A DNA stretch of 64,000 nucleotides from contig OY968796.1 of the NCBI GenBank assembly GCA_963695545.1, positions 832,001 through 896,000 on the forward strand, in the 5' to 3' direction. Below are positions 11,186 through 20,539 of this stretch, in pieces. This DNA is from Terriglobia bacterium (GTDB lineage: Bacteria; Acidobacteriota; Terriglobia; Acidiferrales; UBA7541). A program made the translations under genes and the position numbers. How positions within the stretch are numbered: position 1 is the first letter of the stretch; every line of letters begins with the position of its first letter. The notes beneath the pieces were generated by a model, which saw nothing but the letters and a program-made list of their open reading frames with translations, ran no database searches and had not been told where the DNA came from.

Positions 11186-11584
11186 TCAGGCTTTCGGATC
11201 CGCTGTGACGGTAATGGATACGCGAGCCCCCTTTTTGAGCTTCACATCGTCGCCATCTTCGTTCAGCAGCATATTCTCGATGCGCAGGTTTCGATGGGGG
11301 CGATTGGCCCCGTCGACGGCAATCTGTGCCTTTTCCGCCTTGTCCACACGCAATGGCGGGAAAATCTTCTCGACCCTCCCGGGCATGGTGACGCTAGGCT
11401 GTTCTGGAATGCGCGTTGGGTCGAGATTGCGCTCCGCGATTCGGGCCGACCTGGCCATCAGCGGCTTCGCAAGCTCGCTAATGACGCGCGCCCGAACCGC
11501 AGCGCGGGATTCCGTCTTGGTTTTCTTACGCCGCACCGCTACACGATGACACCGCCAGATGAGCTTTGCAGCCCCTTTTGACAC
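11186..11584 (-). CDS. Hypothetical small beta-rich protein (start uncertain, possibly GTG 11536)
   Basis: Protein-like C-terminal domain PSVTMPGRVEKI...EKAQIAVDGA...RIEN...VKLKKGARVSITV. Confidence 0.6.
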   Translation of the reverse strand: MSKGAAKLIWRCHRVAVRRKKTKTESRAAVRARVISELAKPLMARSARIAERNLDPTRIPEQPSVTMPGRVEKIFPPLRVDKAEKAQIAVDGANRPHRNLRIENMLLNEDGDDVKLKKGARVSITVTADPKA

Positions 11585-11654
11585 ACTTCCGCGGAATGAG
11601 ACGTTCGGTGGAATGAGTCGAATGCGCTGGAATGAGTCCCCGATTGACGAGGCT

Positions 11655-11861
11655 CTACTTCTTCGAGAGTTCGGCCTTGAAGTGCCTTTCCACTTCTTCG
11701 CGGCCCAGCGGGATCCGGGCTTCGGTCAGTAGCACTGAATAAACCACCTCGTTCCCTTCGATCTGCGCGGTGAGAAATGCGCCGTCATCCGGCAGCGTCT
11801 GATAGACAAATTTCACTTTTCTGCCGTCTTCGAGTGTTGTGACCCACTCTTCGTCCGCCAT
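11655..11861 (-). CDS. Small hypothetical protein
   Basis: MADEEWVTTLEDGRKVKFVYQ...; normal protein-like composition, no competing plausible ORF. Confidence 0.6.
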   Translation of the reverse strand: MADEEWVTTLEDGRKVKFVYQTLPDDGAFLTAQIEGNEVVYSVLLTEARIPLGREEVERHFKAELSKK

Positions 11862-12060
11862 ATTCCGATCTCGCGAGCGGAATTCCATGAAGGGTGCAAG
11901 TATACGTCGTTCGACGCCGCGATACGCGGTCAGTCTTAGCCGAAGCCCGCCCTAGCGACGTTTCCATAAAAGCGGGCTGCGCCGAGGCGGGCGGCGAAAC
12001 CGAACTCCTGATAAAATGCCTCCGCGAGCGATTTCACAAATTGGCGAGGGAGAACGATCG

Positions 12061-13011
12061 ATGCCGGATAAAAAAGTCATCGCAGTCGTCGGAGCGACCG
12101 GGGCGCAAGGCAGCGGCTTGGTTCGGGCGATCCTCGCCGATCCCAATGGCGGCTTCGCGGCGCGGGCTCTCACTCGGGATGTGAATTCGCCGAAAGCCAA
12201 GGAGCTCGCCAAGCTTGGCGCCGAGGTCGTCGCGGCGGACCTCAACAATCCCGAGAGTGTGAAGAAAGCTTTCGGGGGCGCCTACGGGGCATTCTGCGTC
12301 ACGTTTTTCTGGGAGCACTTCTCGCCTGAAAAGGAAATGGCGGACGCCAAGACCATGGCCGAGGCGGCCAATGCCGCGCGACTCCAGCACGTGATCTGGT
12401 CCACGCTCGAAGACACGCGCAAATGGGTGCCTCTCACCGACGATCGCATGCCCACGCTCAAGGGCGAATACAAAGTTCCGCACTTCGACGCGAAAGGCGC
12501 CTCCGATCACTTTTTCACCGACGCCGGCGTTCCCACCACGTTCCTGCTCACCGCTTTCTACTGGGACAACTTCATCTACGCCGGCATGGGCCCGAAAAAA
12601 GGCCCGGACGGAACGCTGGCCATCACGCTTCCGATGGCCGACAAAAGGTTGCCGGGGATCGCCGCGGAGGACATCGGCAAATGCGCCTATGGCATTTTCA
12701 AAAAAGGCCAAGAATTTATCGGCAAGACCGTGGCGATCTCCGGCGAAAATCTCAGCGGCGCGCAAATGGCCGCCGCCTTCACCCAAGTTCTGGGCAAACC
12801 CGTCGGCTTCAACAGCGTCACACCCGAAATGTACCGCAGCTTCGGCTTTCCCGGCGCCGACGATCTTGGCAACATGTTCCAGTTCAAGTGCGACTTTGAG
12901 GATTACTACTGCGGCGCGCGCAGCCCTGCTTTCGCCCGCACGCTAAATCCGTCGCTGCAAGATTTCAAAACGTGGCTGAGCAAAAACAAGAACGCCATCG
13001 CTCTCGATTAG
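12061..13011 (+). CDS. NmrA/HSCARG family protein
   Basis: IAVVGATGAQG Rossmann motif, VPHFDAK; GAGGGAG RBS. Confidence 0.92.
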   Translation: MPDKKVIAVVGATGAQGSGLVRAILADPNGGFAARALTRDVNSPKAKELAKLGAEVVAADLNNPESVKKAFGGAYGAFCVTFFWEHFSPEKEMADAKTMAEAANAARLQHVIWSTLEDTRKWVPLTDDRMPTLKGEYKVPHFDAKGASDHFFTDAGVPTTFLLTAFYWDNFIYAGMGPKKGPDGTLAITLPMADKRLPGIAAEDIGKCAYGIFKKGQEFIGKTVAISGENLSGAQMAAAFTQVLGKPVGFNSVTPEMYRSFGFPGADDLGNMFQFKCDFEDYYCGARSPAFARTLNPSLQDFKTWLSKNKNAIALD

Positions 13012-13167
13012 GTGATCGTGCTGCAGGCGAAAGCGTGCGCTGACGCAGGCCCCGCGCCAAGCGGCGCCCCACTCTGGTGCCTCCGCGTCACACTCCCGTA
13101 ACATAACCATGATAATTTACCGTACCTTGTTGAATATCCTGGCCACCACACGGAAAGGAGCCATACC

Positions 13168-14490
13168 ATGCCCGCACCCGGCTTTGCCTTCGCCAATCCA
13201 CAACCTTCGCCCGACAACCTGAACACCAAGGACCCCAAGGACGCTTACGCCGACGATTCCGCCGTCACGGCCACGCCGGTCACCGAACCTATTCCCAAAT
13301 CGTGGAAGACTCCGGAAGAAATGGCGCTCGCCGACGTTCTGGGCGCGCAAGCCGTTCAGCAGATTCAAAGCGCCGGCAAAATTGTTTTCCACTCCATCGG
13401 AGATACCGGCGGCATCAAGGAACCGTCTCACCAGTTTGCCGTGGCTGACGCCATGACCAAGGACATTGGCGAGACCACTTACGCCGCGGGACGCCCCGCG
13501 TTCTGCTATCACCTCGGCGACGTGGTCTATTACTTCGGCCAGGAACGCTACTATTTCGATCAATTCTACGAAGCCTACCGCGATTACGACGGCCCCATCT
13601 TCGCGATTCCCGGCAATCACGATGGCGAGATGTTCCCGAAAGAACAAGCGCAGTATTCGCTTCAAGCTTTCTACAACAATTTCTGCTCGAAAACGCCCGT
13701 GAAAGACCCCGCCGCGAAAGGGTTTTCGCGAACCACCATGACGCAGCCCGGCGTCTATTTCACTCTCAATGCTCCGTTCGTCAAAATCATCGGCCTCTAT
13801 TCCAATACCGGCGAGGCCACCGGCGTGATCAGCGACACGACCGTCGGAACGGCGCAGCTAACTTTTCTCTCGTCGCAATTGAAGGAAGCAGCGAGCCAGC
13901 GCGCGCAGAAAAGCGCCGCTCCCTTTGCTTTGATCATCGCCGTGCACCATCCGCCGTTCACGCTGAGTAAAGAACAGTTTCCGAGCCCCGCGATGCTCGC
14001 GCAAATCGACGCGGCCTGCCAGCAGGCGAAAATCTGGCCGGACATCGTGCTCTCCGGCCACGCCCATTTGTGTGAGAGGTACACGCGCACGCTCCCGGCA
14101 AAATACACCGGGCTCGCGAGTGTGAAATCTTTTCAGATTCCTTACGTCGTCGCGGGGAACGGCGGCTATCTGCAGCTCAGCCAGACGCGTTTAGGCAAGA
14201 ATGATTCCGATCCGCAGCCCGGCGCCCCCGGCACCGACGGAAAGGGAAACCCGCTGACGCTCGACGTCTACAACAACACCACGTACGGATTCTTGCGTCT
14301 GACTGTAAGCCCGACCTCAATCCTGCTTGAGTCGCTCGGAGTCGATGAATCGAGCGGCCAGACTTCGCCTATCGACACGTTCACCGTCGACCTCTCGAAG
14401 CACGTGGTGAAAGGCACGCCGCCGAAAAGTAGGATAAGATCCGGCGTCGTTGCGTCGCACCAATACGACCGCTCGCCCAGAAAGAAATGA
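13168..14490 (+). CDS. Metallophosphoesterase (calcineurin-like / purple acid phosphatase-like)
   Basis: GDTG, GDVVY, GNHD, VHHPP and SGHAH motifs; AAGGAG RBS. Confidence 0.9.
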   Translation: MPAPGFAFANPQPSPDNLNTKDPKDAYADDSAVTATPVTEPIPKSWKTPEEMALADVLGAQAVQQIQSAGKIVFHSIGDTGGIKEPSHQFAVADAMTKDIGETTYAAGRPAFCYHLGDVVYYFGQERYYFDQFYEAYRDYDGPIFAIPGNHDGEMFPKEQAQYSLQAFYNNFCSKTPVKDPAAKGFSRTTMTQPGVYFTLNAPFVKIIGLYSNTGEATGVISDTTVGTAQLTFLSSQLKEAASQRAQKSAAPFALIIAVHHPPFTLSKEQFPSPAMLAQIDAACQQAKIWPDIVLSGHAHLCERYTRTLPAKYTGLASVKSFQIPYVVAGNGGYLQLSQTRLGKNDSDPQPGAPGTDGKGNPLTLDVYNNTTYGFLRLTVSPTSILLESLGVDESSGQTSPIDTFTVDLSKHVVKGTPPKSRIRSGVVASHQYDRSPRKK

Positions 14491-14561
14491 TCGATGCCGC
14501 GGCGGACGGCGGGAGAGTCGCGGCGGCCAGCGCCTAAGTGCGAATTGAAATTCGCGTGGTG

Positions 14562-15437
14562 ATGCGAAGGCCCTTGCCAATTTTTGTGACGACTGTATTC
14601 TTCGCCGGCGCACTATGCTCGCTGGGCGCGCGAGTGCCGCGCGGTTCCGACGGAATTGGACCCGCGGGAATTCCTTCGCGCTCCTATCTTGGCTTCGACA
14701 ACAACATATATCCCGGCGATGCGGCGCTCCGGACGCTGCGGGAAACCTTCTCTTTCTCCGGATTTTGGCTCAACCCGCCGCCCGGCGAGGCCTCAAACAC
14801 CTGGCAAGGCAAGCGCGAAATCCTGGCCGCGCATGGCTTCGGTTTTCTGGTCCTGTTCAACGGGCGCCTCGATTCCGAACTCCAGCCTCCCGCCGGCGCG
14901 AAATCGCTCGGCGCGCGCGATGCCGCCGTGGCCGTCGCCGCGGCGAAGAAGCAAGGCTTCTCCGCGCGAACCATCATTTTTCTCGATCAGGAAGAAGGCG
15001 GGCGAATGTTGCCCGAGCAGAAGGCCTATGTGTACGCCTGGGTTGACGCCGTCAATGCCTCCGGATTTCGCGCCGGCGTCTATTGCTCCGGAATCCCTGC
15101 GCTAGACGACGACGGAACGACCGTGATCACCGCCAACAATTTGCTGCAAAACTCAGCCGGAAGGAAAATCGTATTTTTCGTTTACAACGACGCCTGCCCT
15201 CCCTCGCCCGGCTGCGCCTTTCCGGAACCTTCGCCATCACCGCGCGAAAGCGGCGTCCCATTCGCCGCGATCTGGCAATTCGCGCAGTCGCCTCGCAGAC
15301 CCGGCTACACGCTCAGCTGCCCCTCCCAGTACGACGCGGACGGCAACTGCTACGCGCCCCTGCTGAAAAAAATTGACGGCGTGTATATCGACGTCGATAC
15401 CGCCTCTTCGCCAGATCCGTCTTTTGGCCGGCGCTGA
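14562..15437 (+). CDS. DUF1906/Rv2525c-like glycoside hydrolase domain protein, secreted
   Basis: GFD.N.YPG, IIFLDQEEGG, AGVYCS, IWQFA, IDVD; signal-peptide-like N-terminus. Confidence 0.8.
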   Translation: MRRPLPIFVTTVFFAGALCSLGARVPRGSDGIGPAGIPSRSYLGFDNNIYPGDAALRTLRETFSFSGFWLNPPPGEASNTWQGKREILAAHGFGFLVLFNGRLDSELQPPAGAKSLGARDAAVAVAAAKKQGFSARTIIFLDQEEGGRMLPEQKAYVYAWVDAVNASGFRAGVYCSGIPALDDDGTTVITANNLLQNSAGRKIVFFVYNDACPPSPGCAFPEPSPSPRESGVPFAAIWQFAQSPRRPGYTLSCPSQYDADGNCYAPLLKKIDGVYIDVDTASSPDPSFGRR

Positions 15438-15489
15438 CGCTCGGCGGCGGCCACTGGCCTCGCGCACATTCATCTGCGACAATCGGCGC

Positions 15490-16014
15490 ATGGCGCAACA
15501 CGACGATGCCGCAATCGAAATCGCGCGGGCAACGCCGGCCGACGTTCCGGTATTGCTCGAGCTTATTCGCGGGCTCGCCGAGTACGAAAAGTTATCCGAA
15601 GAAGTTTCGGCTACGGCTGCGGGTTTGCACGCCGCGCTCTTCGGGCCGCGGCCGGTCGCGGAAGCGATTCTGGCGCGTGTCGAAGGCACGGCAGTCGGCT
15701 TTGCCGTTTTCTTTCACAATTTTTCGACGTTTGTCGGGTTGCCAGGCGTCTATCTCGAAGACTTGTTTGTGCTGCCCGAGCATCGCGGCAAAGGAATCGG
15801 CAAAGCGTTGCTGCTGCATGTTGGCGCGCTTGCAAACGAGCGCGGCTGCGGACGCTTCGAGTGGGCCGTGCTCGATTGGAATCGGCCGGCCATCGAGTTT
15901 TATCGCGGTTTGGGCGCGCGAGCCATGGACGAATGGACGCTCTACCGTCTTGCGGGCGAACCGCTCGCGGCATTGTCTCGAAAACGGGCCGGAAAGCCGG
16001 GGAAATCTGCGTGA
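15490..16014 (+). CDS. GNAT N-acetyltransferase (diamine acetyltransferase-like)
   Basis: LAEYEKL, YLEDLFV, RGKGIG, WAVLDWN.PAIEFY. Confidence 0.92.
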   Translation: MAQHDDAAIEIARATPADVPVLLELIRGLAEYEKLSEEVSATAAGLHAALFGPRPVAEAILARVEGTAVGFAVFFHNFSTFVGLPGVYLEDLFVLPEHRGKGIGKALLLHVGALANERGCGRFEWAVLDWNRPAIEFYRGLGARAMDEWTLYRLAGEPLAALSRKRAGKPGKSA

Positions 16015-17423
16015 AGCTGTACCGTGCACACCGAAATAGAATTTGGATCGCACGCGTCCTCGCGCCGTCGCTGGCAATCGTCGCGATCGCTCTGCTCGCA
16101 AGCGCCGTCGCCGGACGCGAGCGCGAATCGACGTCCGTCTACGCGCTGCGCCGGCAACGACTGGCGTCGCAACTCCGTGCGCCAGTTGTGCTGTTCGGAC
16201 TCACCGGCCACGAAGAAGCCAATCCTTCTTACGTGTTCAACCAGGAGGAGAATTTCTACTATTTGACCGGCCACAACGAAGAAGGCGCGGCGATGGTGGA
16301 ATTGCCGCCCGACGCGAAATACAAAGGCGGAAACGTGGCCGCCGACATTCTCTTCCTTCCGCCGCGTGATCCCGAACAAGAGAAATGGAATGGTCCGCGC
16401 ATCGGGCCCGATGATCCCGGCGTCCGCGAACTCACCGGCTTCGCCGACGTCGAGCCGATCGGCAAGCTGCGCGATGTGCTGAGGCAACTGAAATCGACCT
16501 ACCCGACGATGTATACGCTGCTGCCCGCGCCTGACGAAGACGGGTATCCGCACGAAGCCGACGAACTCGCCTGGCTCAAGGACAACGTTCCCGGCGGCGA
16601 TTGGAAAGACGCGCGCGACGCCATCGGCGCGATGCGCCAGATCAAATCCACCGGCGAACTGGCGCTGATCCAACACGCCATCGACGTTTCCGTCGACGCG
16701 CAACTCGAAGCCATGAAAATGATGCGGCCGGGATTGTGGGAATATCAGGTGGCCGCGCGCATGGTGGAAATCCACGCCTGGGGCGGCTGCGAAGCCGAAG
16801 CCTACGCGCCGATCGTCGGCTCGGCTTTCAATTCCACGGTGATGCACTACAACAAGCTGGACCGCCAGATTCAGGATGGCGACATCGTCCTCCTCGACGT
16901 TGGCGGTCAATACTCCGGCTACGCGGCCGACATCACGCGCACTCTGCCGGCCAACGGAAAATTCACGCCGCGACAGCGCGAAATCTACGAAATCGTTCTG
17001 GGCGCGCAAAACGCCGCGTTCGCAGCGGCCAAGCCCGGCGCGCGCTTCACGCGTGGTTCCGGCAGCCTGTATCAAATCGCTTACGACTACATCAATTCGC
17101 ACGGCAAGGATCGCGAAGGCCGTTCGCTCGGCCGCTATTTCATCACCGGCTTGGGCCACCACATCGGCCTCGACGTTCACGACGCCGGCGATCCTTCGCG
17201 CACGCTCGAAGCCGGCATGACCATCACCCTCGAGCCGGGAATTTACATTCCGGAGGAAAATCTCGGCGTGCGCATCGAAGACGATGTTCTGATCACGCCC
17301 ACGGGCGCGAAATTCCTGACGGCTCGCCTGCCGCGCGATCCCGATGAAATCGAAAAGATTATGGCCGAAGGCAAAGCCGCGCGCGAAAGCGCGCCCACAA
17401 CGCCGGCGGGCGCCGCGCCGTGA
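16011..17423 (+). CDS. pepP: Xaa-Pro aminopeptidase (M24B)
   Basis: FYYLTG, D.G...YAADITRT, GHHIGLDVHD, TLEPGIY, GVRIEDD; GTGA overlap with the GNAT stop. Confidence 0.9.
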   Translation: MKLYRAHRNRIWIARVLAPSLAIVAIALLASAVAGRERESTSVYALRRQRLASQLRAPVVLFGLTGHEEANPSYVFNQEENFYYLTGHNEEGAAMVELPPDAKYKGGNVAADILFLPPRDPEQEKWNGPRIGPDDPGVRELTGFADVEPIGKLRDVLRQLKSTYPTMYTLLPAPDEDGYPHEADELAWLKDNVPGGDWKDARDAIGAMRQIKSTGELALIQHAIDVSVDAQLEAMKMMRPGLWEYQVAARMVEIHAWGGCEAEAYAPIVGSAFNSTVMHYNKLDRQIQDGDIVLLDVGGQYSGYAADITRTLPANGKFTPRQREIYEIVLGAQNAAFAAAKPGARFTRGSGSLYQIAYDYINSHGKDREGRSLGRYFITGLGHHIGLDVHDAGDPSRTLEAGMTITLEPGIYIPEENLGVRIEDDVLITPTGAKFLTARLPRDPDEIEKIMAEGKAARESAPTTPAGAAP

Positions 17424-17450
17424 ACGGTGTTCGAGCCTCGCGCAGTCGGG

Positions 17451-17456
17451 TATAAT
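17451..17456 (+). promoter_or_regulatory. Putative sigma70 -10 box for efp
   Basis: Perfect TATAAT in the intergenic region about 90 nt upstream of efp; no convincing -35. Confidence 0.45.
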
Positions 17457-17542
17457 TGTTGGGTTTGGATGGCGCGCGGAACCTCGCAGTAGCGCCGCAG
17501 CTACGGCCCGCCGGGGTCAGCTTCAAGCTAAAGGGAGATTCC

Positions 17543-18112
17543 ATGTCGGAGGAAGTAAGAGCGACGCAACTGCGTCCGGGAATGATCATTCGCCACGACG
17601 GGGATCTTTACACGGTCCACAGCGTGGATCACCGCACGCCCGGAAACAAGCGCGGCGCCATGGCCACGAAGATGCGGAATCTGCGGACAGGCTCGATCAT
17701 GGATCACAGGTTTCGCGCGGAAGATACGCTTGAGCGCGCGGTGTTCGATGAAATTGAATTCGAGTTTCTTTACGCCGATGGCGAAGGCCACCACTTCATG
17801 AACACGGCAACCTACGATCAAATCCAGCTCGGCCCCGAAGTGCTCGGCGACGCGGTCTACTACTTGATTCCGAACACCGTGGTGAAATTGGAATTTTACG
17901 AGAACAAGCCCATCGGCGTGCTCTTGCCGGATACGGTCGACCTGAAAGTGGTGGACACCGAACCGACTCTGCAGAAGGCCACGGCCAGCGCGGTGATGAA
18001 GCCCGCGAAACTTGAAACCGGCCTCACGATTCAGGTGCCGCCGTTTATTTCAAACGGCGACAAAGTAAAAGTGGACACGTCGGAAGCGCGGTACGTACAG
18101 CGCGCCCAGTAA
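17543..18112 (+). CDS. efp: Elongation factor P
   Basis: LRPGMII, TPGNKRG loop, FLYADG, FMN..TYDQ, KPAKLETG..IQVPPFI..GD.VKVDT; GGGAGA RBS. Confidence 0.95.
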   Translation: MSEEVRATQLRPGMIIRHDGDLYTVHSVDHRTPGNKRGAMATKMRNLRTGSIMDHRFRAEDTLERAVFDEIEFEFLYADGEGHHFMNTATYDQIQLGPEVLGDAVYYLIPNTVVKLEFYENKPIGVLLPDTVDLKVVDTEPTLQKATASAVMKPAKLETGLTIQVPPFISNGDKVKVDTSEARYVQRAQ

Positions 18113-18154
18113 GATCGCGGAATCGCCGCGCGGCGCGAAAATCGGAGAGGACCC

Positions 18155-19006
18155 ATCGACGCCGCATCCAGCCTGGGACCTGCTTCGATCGTCGTGGCCA
18201 GCTACAACGACGCCGACGTCGTCGAACGCACGCTCGCGGCGCTCGCAAAGCAATCCTGCCCGAATTTTGAAATCGTCATCGCCGATGACGGTTCGCGCGA
18301 GCCTTACGCCGAGCTGCTTGAGCGCTGGGCGCCGCGATTTTCCTATCCCGTCCAGCATGTTCGCCACGAAGATTTGGGATTCCGCAAAGCGCGAATCTTG
18401 AATCGCGCCGTGCGCGTGAGCCGCTTCGATCGACTTATCTTCCTAGACATGGATTGCCTGCCGCATCGGGACTTTGTGCGCAATCACCTGCGCTTCGTGC
18501 GCCCCGGCACGGCGATCACCGGCCGCCGTGTGCATATCGACCGATCCGTCGCGTCCACCGTGGCACAGATCGCGGCGCGCGGCGTGGATCTGGGCCCGCT
18601 GAAACTTGTCTCCTTATGGATGGCAGGCAAGGCCCAATGCATCGAGCACGGACTTTTGCTGCCGGAAATGTTTGAATCCTCGCGGCGCGCGATTTTGGGC
18701 AGCAATTTCTCCATTGTGAAATTTGATCTCGAGCGCATCAATGGTTTCAACGAAGAAGTGCAGGGCGCGGGATGGGAAGATTCCGATGTGGATCTGCGGC
18801 TGCAATTGGCCGGCGTGAAGATTCGCGACCTCAAAAATCTGGCGATTCAATATCACATCACGCACGCGCAGCGCGTCGGCAACACCGCGGAAAGCCAGAA
18901 GCGTTACGACGAGATGCGTTCGCAGCGCGTATTGCGCGCGCCGAAGGGCCTTGCGGAAATCGTGGCAGGAGATTTCGAGCGATTCGAGTACGGCACGGCG
19001 CGCTGA
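18155..19006 (+). CDS. Glycosyltransferase family 2 with Glyco_transf_7C-like C-terminus (start probably non-canonical ATC 18155)
   Basis: SIVVASYN, IADDGS, GFRKARILN, FLDMDC, INGFNE..G.GWEDSD. Confidence 0.85.
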   Translation: MDAASSLGPASIVVASYNDADVVERTLAALAKQSCPNFEIVIADDGSREPYAELLERWAPRFSYPVQHVRHEDLGFRKARILNRAVRVSRFDRLIFLDMDCLPHRDFVRNHLRFVRPGTAITGRRVHIDRSVASTVAQIAARGVDLGPLKLVSLWMAGKAQCIEHGLLLPEMFESSRRAILGSNFSIVKFDLERINGFNEEVQGAGWEDSDVDLRLQLAGVKIRDLKNLAIQYHITHAQRVGNTAESQKRYDEMRSQRVLRAPKGLAEIVAGDFERFEYGTAR

Positions 19007-19023
19007 CGCAAGTGCGTCAGCGC
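19000..19023. terminator. Hairpin between convergent GT2 and purB, likely terminator
   Basis: Perfect inverted repeat GCGCTGACGCA-AG-TGCGTCAGCGC; no strong U-tract. Confidence 0.5.
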
Positions 19024-19032
19024 TGTTGCCGC

Positions 19033-20364
19033 TTAGCGCGGCGCCTGCGCCGCGCCTTGACCGAAAACGCGCTGGAAGATCGCGTCTACCGAGCGAAGCT
19101 GGCGATCGAGATCGAATGCGCGCGCAATCGCCGCGGCGTCAAGAAATCGCGCGATGCGCGGGTCCGCGGCAATGCGCTCGCGAAAATTCGATTCCGCCTC
19201 CCACGCGGCCATGGCGTGCTCTTGCACCCACTTGTAGGAATCTTCACGCGGCGCTCCGGCTTCCACCAAATCCTGCAACAGCTGCCCCGAGAAAACCAAA
19301 CCGTGCGTGGCTTCAATGTTGCGCAACATGCGCGCCGGAAAAACGCGCATGCCGGCGATGACTTCCGTGGTGCGCGCGAGCATGTAGTCCGCGAGGATCG
19401 TGGAATCGGGCAGAATAATGCGCTCGACCGAGCTGTGCGAGATGTCGCGCTCGTGCCAGAGCGCCACGTCTTCAAGCACGGGCTGCGCGTTCGCGCGCAC
19501 CACGCGCGCCAGACCGCAAATTTGCTCCGAGGCGACGGGATTGCGTTTGTGCGGCATCGCGGAACTTCCACGCTGCTCGCCCGCGAACGGCTCCTCGGCT
19601 TCGCGAACTTCAGTGCGCTGAAGATGGCGAATCTCGAGAGCGAACTGCTCGAGCGTTGAGGCGATTTCGGCGAGCACGCAAACGTAGTGCGCGTGGCGAT
19701 CGCGCGCGATCACTTGCGTGCTCACCGGCGCAGGATCGAGACCCAGGCGCGCGCAAATCGCCGCTTCGACTTCGGGGCCGAGATGCGAAGAGTTGCCCAC
19801 CGCGCCCGACATTTTGCCGACAGCAAGATCGCGCGCGGCGTGGCCAAAGCGCGCGAGATTGCGGCGATTGGCGTCGAACCAATTCGCGAGTTTCAGGCCG
19901 AAGGTGATGGGCTCGGCGTGAATGCCGTGCGTGCGTCCGATCTGCGGCGTGTGCTGGAATTCGCGCGCGCGGCGCTCGAGCACTTCGCCGAGGCGCACAA
20001 GATCGTGCTCGATAATGCGCGACGCTTCGCGAATGGAAAGCGACTGCGCGGTGTCTACAACGTCGTTGGAAGTGAGCCCATAATGCAACCAGCGCGCTGC
20101 GCTGGGATCGCCGATGGTTTCGCCGACGGCCATCGTGAAAGCGATGACGTCGTGAAGCACTCGCGCTTCGATTTCCGCGATGCGCGCAACCACTCCGGCA
20201 TCCACGCGCGCGCGCTGGCGAATCGTCGCAGCCGCGTCTCGCGGCACAACGCCGCGCTCGGCAAGCGTTTCCGTCGCGGCGAGCTCCACTTCGAGCCAGC
20301 GCCGGAACTTGCTTTCCTCGCTCCAGACGCGGCCCATCTCTTCGCGCGTGTATCGCGGGATCAA
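19033..20364 (-). CDS. purB: Adenylosuccinate lyase
   Basis: IPRYTREEM, HYGLTSND, GRTHGIHAEP, GSSAMPHKRNP; AAGGAG RBS before TTG 20364. Confidence 0.97.
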   Translation of the reverse strand: MIPRYTREEMGRVWSEESKFRRWLEVELAATETLAERGVVPRDAAATIRQRARVDAGVVARIAEIEARVLHDVIAFTMAVGETIGDPSAARWLHYGLTSNDVVDTAQSLSIREASRIIEHDLVRLGEVLERRAREFQHTPQIGRTHGIHAEPITFGLKLANWFDANRRNLARFGHAARDLAVGKMSGAVGNSSHLGPEVEAAICARLGLDPAPVSTQVIARDRHAHYVCVLAEIASTLEQFALEIRHLQRTEVREAEEPFAGEQRGSSAMPHKRNPVASEQICGLARVVRANAQPVLEDVALWHERDISHSSVERIILPDSTILADYMLARTTEVIAGMRVFPARMLRNIEATHGLVFSGQLLQDLVEAGAPREDSYKWVQEHAMAAWEAESNFRERIAADPRIARFLDAAAIARAFDLDRQLRSVDAIFQRVFGQGAAQAPR

Positions 20365-20539
20365 TTCAGGCTCCTTCGGATTCAGCCGGCGCATCGCGGC
20401 CGGAACTTAGAAAACGGCGGGGAATTCCCTGTCCTATGATACCCGATGCGGCGCGATTTTCGGGCAAAAACCGGACTGTGCGTGCAATCAAGGGTGCTAT
20501 GCTGAATTTCGCTAACGAGTGAAATTGCAGGAGGCGCTG

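Noticed and set aside
18110..18154. Stop-codon readthrough giving an EF-P-GT2 fusion
   Set aside because: TAA is an efficient stop, EF-P ends at its normal C-terminus, and a separate RBS exists; a shared frame has a one-in-three chance.
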